The position numbers were made by a program, and so were the translations under genes. 64,000 nucleotides of DNA from the human T2T-CHM13v2.0 reference genome, Homo sapiens. The stretch is from contig CP086569.2 of assembly GCA_009914755.4 (NCBI GenBank), positions 11,872,001-11,936,000 of the forward strand, written 5' to 3'. Below are positions 54,518 through 64,000 of this stretch, piece by piece. Under the pieces are notes generated by a model. It was not told the origin of the DNA, ran no database searches, and saw nothing but the letters and a program-made list of their open reading frames with translations. The first letter of the stretch is position 1. Each line of letters opens with the position of its first letter.

Positions 54518-55896
54518 TCAGAACGGACTGGAGAGGAATGTACACAAATTGAATGGAAACGAATGGAATGGAATGAAATGGAATGGAATGCAATGGAATT
54601 GAAAGGAACGGAATCAAATGGAACGGAATGGAATGGAATGGAATGGATTGGAATAGAATGGATTCAAATAAAATAGAATCGATTGCAATGGTATTGAATG
54701 GAAGGGACTTGAATGGAATGGAAAGCTATGGAAGATATTGGAATCGAATGGCATCGAATGAAATGGAATGGAACGGAATGGAACGGACCGGAATGGAATG
54801 GAATGGACTCAAATGTAATGGACTCGAATGGAATCGACTGAAATATAATAGACTCGAAAGGAATGGCCTCGAGCGGAATTTATTTGAATAGAATGGAATC
54901 AAATGGAATACAATAGTATGGAATGGAATCGAATGGAATGGAATCGAATGGAATGTAATCAAATGGAATGGAACGGAATTCAATATAATGGAGTAGAATG
55001 GAATGCATTGGAAAGGAGCAGAGTGGAATCGAGTGGATTGGAATCGAGTGGAATGGAATCAAAGGGAACGAAATCGAATTGAATGGACTTGAATGGAATT
55101 GAGTCGAAAGGAATTGACTCGAAAGGAATGAACTGCAACAAAAAGGAATCAAATGGACAGGAATGGAATGGAATGGACTCGAATGGAATGGAGTCAAATG
55201 CAAACGCATCGAATGGAATGGATTCAAAGGGAATGCAATTGAATGGAATAGAAAGTAAGAGAATGGAATTGAGAGTAATGGAAAGATATCGATTGGAATG
55301 AAATTGAATGGAAAGTAATTGAATGGAAAGGAAAGGACTCGAAAGAAATGGGTTGGAATGGAATGGTCTCCAACGGAATGGACTGGAGTGGAATGGAATC
55401 GAATGGAATGAAAAGAATGGAACGGAATGGAACGGAAAAGAATAGAATGTTATGGAATCCGATTGGACAGAATGGAATGGAATGCAGTTTCATGAAATGG
55501 AGTCGAATAGAGTGGCATCAAAAGGAATGGAATGGAGTGGTCTCAAATCGAATGGACTCGAAAGGAATGGAGCCGAACCAAATTGAATCAAATGGATTGG
55601 AGTCGAACAGAATGGAATGGAATGGAATGAACTCGACTGGAGTAGAGAGGAATGAAAAGGAATAGAATGGAATGTAATCAAATGGATTGCAAGTGAATGG
55701 AATCAAAAATAATAGAAAGGAATGGAGTGTAAAGGGATGATATGGAATAAAATGGAATGGAATGGAATTTAATGGATTGGAGTCGAAGGAATGGACAGGA
55801 ATGTAATGGACTCCAATGGAATGGAATGGATCAAAATGGATTTGAACAGATTGGAATCGAACGGAATGGAATGCAATGGAATGGAATGGACTCGAA
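54518..55896 (+). repeat. 1.37 kb sub-block copy 10 (a-type, 1379 bp); it ends in the canonical downstream sequence.
   Basis: The junction is at 54518. At 55889–55896 'ggactcga' is followed by 'atggagaagagacaaatgg', which is the unit-8 continuation. Confidence 0.8.
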
Positions 55897-58137
55897 TGGA
55901 GAAGAGACAAATGGAATGGAAACGAATTCAATGGAATTGAAAAGAATAGAATGGAATGGTGTGTAATGGTAAGATACTAAATGGAATGGAATTGAATGGA
56001 ATGTAGTGGAATGGACCCAAATGTAGTGCACTCGAAAGGAATATACTCAAATAGAATGGAATCGAAAGGAAAGGTCTCAAATGGAATTTATTCAATACAA
56101 TGGAATCGAATGGAATGCAATAGAATGGAAAGGAATCGAATGTAATGGAATCAAATAGAATGGACCAGAATGGAATGGACTGCCATAGAACGGACTGCAG
56201 TGTAATGGATTGAATTCTAATTCATTCAAATGGAATGGAATTGAATGGAATGGAATCCAATGGAATGGATAGGATTGTACTGGAATGGAATAGCATGGAA
56301 TGCAACGGAGTGGAATGGAGTTGAATGAATTGGAATGGAATCGATTGGAATGGAATCAAATGGAATGGACGGGAATGGAATGGACTGGAATAGAACAGAC
56401 TCGAATATAATGGATTGCAATGTAATTGATTCAAATGGAATGGAATCGAATGGAATGTAATAAAATTGAAGGGATTGGAGTTCAATGCAATGGAATAGAA
56501 TGGAATGCAAAGGAAAGGAAAGGCACGGAGTGAAATCGAGTGTAATGGAATCGAATGGAATGAAATCGAATGGAATGGACACAAAAGAAATGGACGTGGG
56601 ACAAAACGGAATCGAACTGATTGGAATCGAATGGAACGGAATGGAATGGAATGGTCTCCATTGGATGGGAGTAGAACGGATTGGAATGAAATGGAATGGA
56701 AAGGAATAGAATGGAATGGAAAGGAATGGAAGGTAACGGAAAGATATCGAACGGATTGGAAAGGAATGGAATGGACGCTAATGGAATGGAATGGAATTCA
56801 ACAGAAACGAATGGAATGGACTGGAGTGAAATGGAGTCGAATGTAATTGACTGGAGAAGAATGAACTCGAAAGGAATGGACTCGAATAGAATGTACTGGA
56901 ATGGATTGTACTCGAATGGAGTGGAAAGGAATAAAATGGATTCCACCAGATTGGAATGAAATAGAATGTAATGGAATGGAATGGAATGCAATGGAATGGC
57001 TCGAATGGAATGGAGTCGAATGCAATGGAAGAGAAAGGAAAGGAATTGAATGGAATTGAAAGTAAGAGAAGTAAAAGGAGTGCAAAGGAAAGAAATGGAA
57101 TGGAATGGATCGAAAAGAAATAGAATGGAATGGACAGGAATGGAATGGAATAGAATGGAATAGACTGGCGTGCAATGAAAACGAATGGAATGGAAACGAA
57201 TGGAATGGAATGGAAAGGAATGGAGTAGAATAAATACTATGGAATGGAATGGAATGGAATGGAATGGAATGGAATGGAGGCGAAAGGAAAAGAATGGATT
57301 GGAATGTCACCGAATGGAAAGATATGGAATGGAAAGGAATGGATAGGAATGGAATGGAATAGAAAGGAACGGAAAGGTAAAGAATGGAATGGAAGCCGAC
57401 AGAATGGAATGCAATGTAATGGAGTCGAATGGAAAATAATCGAGTAGAATGATATCTAATGGAATGGAATTTAATGGAATGGAATGGAATGGAATGGACT
57501 CGAATGGCATGTACTCAAATGGATTAGAATAGAATGGAATGGAACTAAACGTAATGAACTCGAATGGAATGGACACAAATAGAATGGAAGAGAAAGAAAT
57601 GGTATTGAATGGAATTTATTCGAATAGAATGGAATTCAATGGAATGCAACAGTGTGGCATGGAATCAAATGGAATGGAATCGAATGGAATGGACCCGAAT
57701 GGAATGGACTCACATAGAACAGTCTCGAATGTAATGGATTACAATGTATTAGATTCGAAAGGACTGAAATCGAATGGAATGTAATCAAATAGAACGGAAT
57801 TGAATGCATGGAATGGCATAGAAAGTAATGCAATGGAATGGAATAGACTGGAATGGAATGGAATCGGATTGAATGTAATGAAATGTAATGGAAGGAATGC
57901 CATGGAATGGAATGGAATGGAATACAATGGGACGGTGTATAATGGAGTGCAATGGATTTCAGAGGAATGTAGCCAAAGGAATGAAATAGAATGGAATTCA
58001 ATATAATGGAATGGCATCCAATGGCAAGGAATGGAGTGGACTCCAATGGAAACGACATGAAAGGAATATAATATAATGGAATGGCATTGAAAGAAATGGA
58101 ATGCAATGGAGTTAAAAGGTAAAATATCGAATGGAAA

Positions 58138-61100
58138 AGAATTGAATGGACTCGAATGGAATATAATGGAATGGAATGGACTCGAATGGAATGTACTAGT
58201 GTTGAATGGAATCGAATGGAATGGAAAACAATGGAAAGGAAAGGAAGGGAATTGAAAGGAAAGGAATAGAATGGAATGGAATCGGATGGAACAGAATTGA
58301 ATGGAATGGAAACTAAAGGAATAGAATAGAAAGGAATGGCATTGAATGGAATAGAAATGAATGGAATCAGATGGAACAGAAAGGAATGGAATAGAATCGA
58401 ATGGAATGGCATCGAATGGATTGGAATGGAATGGAATGGAATGGAATGGAAAAGAATGGAATGGAGTCAAATGGAATGTACTCAAATGGAATAGAATAGA
58501 ATGGAATGGAAGTAAATATAATGGACTCGAGTGGAATGGATTGGAATAAATTGGAATTGAATGTATTGGATTTGAATGGAAAGGAATGGAATGGAATGGA
58601 ATGGAATGGAATGGATTCGAATGGAATGGAACGAATTGGAATGTAATTGAATGGAGTCGAAAACAGTAGAAAGAAAAGAAGTTTAATCGAATGATATCGA
58701 ATGGAATTGAATGGAATGTACGTGAAAGGAATGGACAGGAATGGAATGGAATGACATGTAATGGAATCAAAAGGAATGGAATCGAATGAAATGGAATTGA
58801 ATGGAATAGAAAGGAATAGAATGGAATGGAGTTTAATGGAAAGATATTAAAAGTAATGGAATGGAATTGAGTGGACACAAGGGGAATGGACTGGAATGGA
58901 AAGGACTCGAATGAAATGGACCACATTAGAATGGACTCGAATGGAACGGATTGGTGTGGAATGGTCTCGAATGGATGGGAAACGAATGGAATGGAAAAGA
59001 ATAGAATGGAATGTAATCAAATGGAACGAAATGGAATGGAATGGATTCGACTGGAACAGAATTGAATGGAGTGGAATTGAATGGAATGGAAGGCAATCGA
59101 ATGGAAAGGACACGAATGGAATAGAAAGAAATGAAATGGCATAGAATGGAATGGAATGGAATGGAATGGAATGGAATGGCATGGAATGGAATGGAATGGA
59201 ATGGAATGGAATTGAATGAAATGGATTGGAATGGGATGGGCCCAAAAGTAATGGACTAAAATAAAAGGGACTCAAATAGAATGAATTGTAAAGAAACGGT
59301 CTCGAATGTAATTTATTCGAATAGAATGATATTGAATGTTACGCAATAGTATGGAATGGTATCGAATAGAATGGAATGGAATGGAACGGAATGGAGTGCA
59401 TTTGAACGGACTCAAATGCAATAAATTGCACTATAATTGATTCAAATGGAATGGAATCGAATAGAATGTAAACAAATGGAATGGAAGGCAATGCAATGGA
59501 AAGGAATCGAATGAAATGGCATAAATGGGATGGAATCGAATGGAAAGGACGCGAATATAATGGAGTGTCAAGGAAAGGTGTCGAATCGAATTTATTCCAA
59601 TAGAATGGAATCGAATGGAATGCAATACTATTGAATCAAATCGAATGGAATGGAATTGAATGGAATGGACAGGAATGGAATGAACTGGAAGTGAATGGAC
59701 AAGAACATAATATATTGCAATGTAATTTATTCAAATGGAATGGAATGCAATAGAATGGAATGGACGCGATTGCAATGGACTGGAGTGGAATGGACTGAAA
59801 TGGAATTTAAACGAATATAATGCAATGGAACGGAAAGCAAAGGAATCTACCGGAATGGAATCGAACGGAACAGAAAGGAATGGAATGGAATGGAGTGGAA
59901 TGGACTCGAATGGAATGTATTCGAATGTAATGGACCGGAAAGGAATGGAATCCAAAGGAATGGAATTGAATGGAATGAAAAGGAATAGAAAGGAATAGAG
60001 TGTAATTGAATGATATCGAATGGAAGGGAATGGAATGAAGTCGAATGGAATGCACTGGAATGGAATGGACTCAATCAGAACGGACTGGAGAGGAATGTAC
60101 ACAAATGGAATGGAAACGAATGGAATGGAATGAAATGGAATGGAATGCAATGGAATTGAAAGGAACGGAATCAAAAGGAATGGAATGGAATGGATTGGAA
60201 TAGAATGGATTCAAATAAAATAGAATCGATTGGAATGGTATTGAATGGAAGGGACTTGAATGGAATGGAAAGCAATGGAAGATATTGGAATCGAATGGCA
60301 TCGAATGAAATGTAATGGAACGGAATGGAACGGACCCGAATGGAATGGAATGGACTCAAATGTAATGGACTCGAATGGAATCGAATGAAATATAATAGAC
60401 TCGAAAGGAATGGCCTCGAGCGGGATTTATTTGAATAGAATGGAATCAAATGGAATGCAATAGTATGGAATGGAATCGAATGGAATGGAATCGAATGGAA
60501 TGTAATCAAATGGAATGGAACGGAATTCAATATAATGGAGTAGAATGGAATGCATTGGAAAGGAGCAGAGTGGAATCGAGTGGATTGGAATCGAGTGGAA
60601 TGGAATCAAAGGGAACGAAATCGAATTGAATGGACTTGAATGGAATTGAGTCGAAAGGAATTGACTCGAAAGGAATGGACTGGAACAAAAAGGAATCAAA
60701 TGGACAGGAATGGAATGGAATGGACTCGAATGGAATGGAGTCAAATGCAAACGCATCGAATGGAATGGATTCAAATGGAATGCAATTGAATGGAATAGAA
60801 AGGAAGAGAATGTAATTGAGAGTAATGGAAAGATATGGATTGGAATGAAATGGAATGGAAAGGAATTGAATGGAAAGGAATGGACTCGAAAGAAATGGAT
60901 TGGAATGGAATGGTCTCCAATGGAATGGACTGGAGTGGAATGGAATCGAATGGAATGAAAAGAATGGAACGGAATGGAACGGAAAGGAATAGAATGTTAT
61001 GGAATCCGATTGGACAGAATGGAATGGAAAGGAATGGAGTTTCATAAAATGGAGTCGAATAGAGTGGCATCAAAAGGAATGGAATGGAATGGAGTGGACT

Positions 61101-63693
61101 CAAAAGGAATGGACTCGAAGGGAATGGAGTCGAAGCAAATTGAATCAAATGGATTGGAGTCGAACAGAATGGAATGGAATGGAATGAACTCGCCTGGATT
61201 AGAGAGGAATGTAAAGGAATAGAATGGAATGTAATCAAATGGATTGCAAGTGAATGGAATCAAAAATAATAGAAAGGAATGGAGTGTAAAGGGATGATAT
61301 GGAGTAAAATGGAATGGAATGGAATTTAATGGAATGGAGTCGAAGGAATGGACAGGAATGTAATGGACTCCAATGCAATGGAATGGATCAAAATGGATTT
61401 GAACAGATTGGAATCGAACGGAATGGAATGCAATGGAATGGAATGGACTCGAATGGAGAAGAGACAAATGGAATGGAAACGAATTCAATGGAATTGAAAA
61501 GAATAGAATGGAATGGCGTGTAATGGTAAGATACTAAATGGAATGGAATTGAATGGAATGTAGTGGAATGGACCCAAATGTAATGCACTCGAATGGAATA
61601 TACTCAAATAGAATGGAATCGAAAGGAAAGGTCTCAAATGGAATTTATTCAATACAATGGAATCGAATGGAATGCAATAGAATGGAAAGGAATCGAATGT
61701 AATGGAATCAAATAGAATGGAACAGAATGGAATGGACTGCCATAGAACGGACTGCAGTGTAATGGATTGAATTCTAATTCATTCAAATGGAATGGAATTG
61801 AATGGAATGGAATCCAATGGAATGGATAGGATTGTACTGGAATGGAATAGCATGGAATGCAACGGAGTGGAATGGAGTTGAATGAAGTGGAATGGAATCG
61901 ATTGGAATGGAATCAAATGGAATGGACGGGAATGGAATGGACTGGAAGAGAACAGACTCGAATATAATGGATTGCAATGTAATTGATTCAAATGGAATGG
62001 AATCGAATGGAATGTAATAAAATTGAAGGGATTGGAGTTCAATGCAATGGAATAGAATGGAATGCAAAGGAAAAGAAAGGCACGGAGTGAAATCGAGTGT
62101 AATGGAATCGAATGGAATGAAATCGAATGGAATGGACTCAAAAGAAATGGACGAGGGACAAAACGGAATCGAACTGATTGGAATCGAATGGAACGCAATG
62201 GAATGCAATGGACTCCATTGGATGGGAGTAGAACGGATTGGAATGAAATGGAATGGAAAGGAATAGAATGGAATGGAAAGGAATGGAAGGTAACTGAAAG
62301 ATATCGAACGGATTGGAAAGGAATGGAATGGACGCTAATGGAATGGAATGGAATTCAACAGAAACGAATGGAATGGACTGGAGTGAAATGGAGTCGAATG
62401 TAATTGACTGGAGAGGAATGGACTCGAAAGGAATGGACTCGAATAGAATGGACTGGAATGGATTGTACTCGAATGGAGTGGAAAGGAATAAAATGGATTC
62501 CACCAGATTGGAATGGAACAGAATGTAATGGAATGGAATGGAATGCAATGGAATGGCTCGAATGGAAGGGAGTCGAATGCAATGGAAGGGAAAGGAAAGG
62601 AATTGAATGGAATTGAAAGTAATAGAATTAAAAGGAGTGCAAAGGAAAGATATGGAATGGAATGGATCGAAAAGAAATAGAATGGAATGGACAGGAATGG
62701 AATGGAATAGAATGGAATAGACTGGCGTGCAATTAAAACGAATGGAATGGAAACGAATGGAATGGAATGGAAAGGAATGGAGTAGAATAAATACTATGGA
62801 ATGGAATGGAATGGAATGGAATGGAATGGAATGGAGGCGAAAGGAAAACAATGGAGTGGAATGTCACCGAATGGAATGATATGGAATGGAAAGGAATGGA
62901 TACGAATGGAATGGAATAGAAAGGAACGGAAAGGTAAAGAATGGAATGGAATCGGACAGAATGGAATGTAATGTAATGGAGTCGAATGGAAAATAATCGA
63001 GTAGAATGATATCGAATGGAATGGAATTTTTGGAATGGAATGGAATGGAATGGACTCGAATGGCATGTACTCAAATGGATTAGAATAGAATGGAATGGAA
63101 CTAAACGTAATGAACTCGAATGAATGGACACAAATAGAATGGAAGAGAAAGAAATGGTATTGAACGGATTTTATTCGAATAGAATGGAATTCAATGGAAT
63201 GCAACAGTGTGGCATGGAATCAAATGGAATGGAATCGAATGGAATGGACCCGAGTGGAATGGACTCACATAGAACAGCCTCGAATGTAATGGATGACAAT
63301 GTATTAGATTCGAAAGGACTGAAATCGAATGGAATGTAATCAAATAGAACGGAATTGAATGCATGGAATGGCATAGAAAGTAATGCAATGGAATGGAATA
63401 GACTGGAAAGGAATGGAATCGGATGGAATGTAATGAAATGTAATGGAAGGAATGCTATGGAATGGAATGGAATGGAATACAATGGGACAGTGTATAATGG
63501 AGTGCAATGGATTTAAGTGGAATATAGTCAAAAGGAATGAAATAGAATGGAATTCAATATAATGGAATGGCATCCAATGGCAAGGAATGGAGCGGACTCC
63601 AATGGAAACGACATGAAAGGAATATAGTATAATGGAATGGCATTGAACGAAATGGAATGCAATGGAGTTAAAAGGTAAAATATCGAATGGAAA
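58138..63693 (+). repeat. HOR unit 9: diverged ~5.56 kb unit (5556 bp) with a single copy of the 1.37 kb sub-block.
   Basis: Landmarks are at 58138 and 63694. The internal landmarks MELNVMNSNG... at 57539 and 63124 are 5585 bp apart. MDLNGIESKG... occurs once, at 60630. Confidence 0.8.
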
Positions 63694-64000
63694 AGAATTG
63701 AATGGACTCGAATGGAATATAATGGAATGGAATGGACTCGAATGGAATGTACTAGAGTTGAATGGAATCGAATGGAATGGAAAACAATGGAAAGGAAAGG
63801 AAGGGAATTGAAAGGAAAGGAATAGAATGGAATGGAATCGGATGGAACAGAATTGAATGGAATGGAAACTAAAGGAATAGAATAGAAAGGAATGGCATTG
63901 AATGGAATAGAAATGAATGGAATCAGATGGAACAGAAAGGAATGGAATAGAATCGAATGGAATGGCATCGAATGGATTGGAATGGAATGTAATGGAATGG
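63694..64000 (+). repeat. HOR unit 10: a partial unit truncated by the window end.
   Basis: The unit-start landmark 'agaattgaatggactcgaatggaatataatgg' is at 63694. Confidence 0.7.

Larger units (their letters stand above)
42161..55896 (+). repeat. Local amplification: 10 tandem copies of a ~1.37 kb sub-block of the HOR, with 2.75 kb dimer sub-periodicity in the first six copies.
   Basis: The junction string '...ggaatgcaatgaaatggaatggactcga|tcagaa(c/a)gg(a/t)c(t/a)ggagagg(a/g)atgtacacaaatgg' recurs with 'tcag' at 42161, 43529, 44882, 46260, 47633, 49011, 50389, 51767, 53145 and 54518. It is absent at 55896, where the canonical continuation 'ggactcgaatggagaagagacaaatgg' resumes. The same block occurs once per unit elsewhere (e.g. 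19941–21290 in unit 4). MDLNGIESKG... ORFs recur at 42716, 44069, 46820, 48198, 49576, 50954, 52332 and 55083. Confidence 0.85.
40209..58137 (+). repeat. HOR unit 8: diverged ~5.55 kb unit expanded to 17.9 kb by an internal 10-copy array of a 1.37 kb sub-block.
   Basis: The start landmark is at 40209 ('aaggggaaagaattgaatggactcgaaaggaatataatgg') and the next is at 58138. 17929 bp ≈ 5.55 kb plus 9 extra copies of 1.375 kb. Confidence 0.8.
1..64000 (+). repeat. HSat3-like (GGAAT)n pentameric satellite array. GGAAT is on the + strand and ATTCC on the - strand, uninterrupted across the window.
   Basis: Almost every 5-mer is GGAAT or a 1-2 mismatch variant (GGAAC, GGACT, CGAAT, GCAAT, GGCAT, GGAGT...). 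The strings ggaatggaatgg and tcgaatggaatgg dominate. No ATTCC-on-plus switch was seen, so polarity is constant. Stop-poor frames give long artefactual ORFs (MEWNG... on +, IPFHS... on -). Confidence 0.93.

Noticed and set aside
1-64000. Regular direct repeats that could superficially suggest a CRISPR array.
   Set aside because: There is no repeat-spacer alternation with unique spacers. Everything is a pentamer-based eukaryotic satellite with kb-scale HORs.
1-64000. Alpha-satellite or CENP-B box centromeric repeat.
   Set aside because: There is no ~171-bp monomer periodicity, and no CENP-B box-like 17-mer was noticed. The basic period is 5 bp (GGAAT), which fits HSat3 rather than alpha satellite.

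Overview
The whole 64 kb window is tandem satellite DNA of the human-type Satellite III (HSat3) family: diverged GGAAT pentamers, with GGAAT on the + strand and ATTCC on the - strand throughout. I found no credible protein-coding gene, RNA gene, transposon insertion, CRISPR array, promoter or terminator. Every ORF in the supplied track is an artefact of translating stop-poor pentamer repeats: + frames read MEWNG..., - frames read IPFHS....

The pentamers are organised into a nested higher-order repeat (HOR) hierarchy that can be read directly from recurring landmark strings:
- (a) 1–12426: two copies of a ~6.2 kb HOR (6223 and 6203 bp). Both carry the same 654-bp internal tandem duplication.
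- (b) 12427–~38200: ~5.5 kb HOR units alternating two subtypes (5591 and 5504/5499 bp). Together they form an ~11.09 kb dimeric super-HOR, and alternate units are ≥99.5% identical.
- (c) From ~38.2 kb to the end: a less-homogenised, diverged version of the same ~5.55 kb HOR.
- (d) Inside one unit of that diverged domain, a 1.37 kb sub-block is locally amplified to 10 tandem copies (42161–55896, ~13.7 kb). It has 1 copy in every other unit. The first six copies alternate between two subtypes, giving a 2.75 kb dimer period; the alternation is irregular in the last four copies.

Orientation is constant across the window; no inversion junction is present. No chromosome assignment can be made from the sequence alone. 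The interesting content here is repeat-architecture: duplication junctions, a homogenisation boundary and a local copy-number expansion. There is no gene system.
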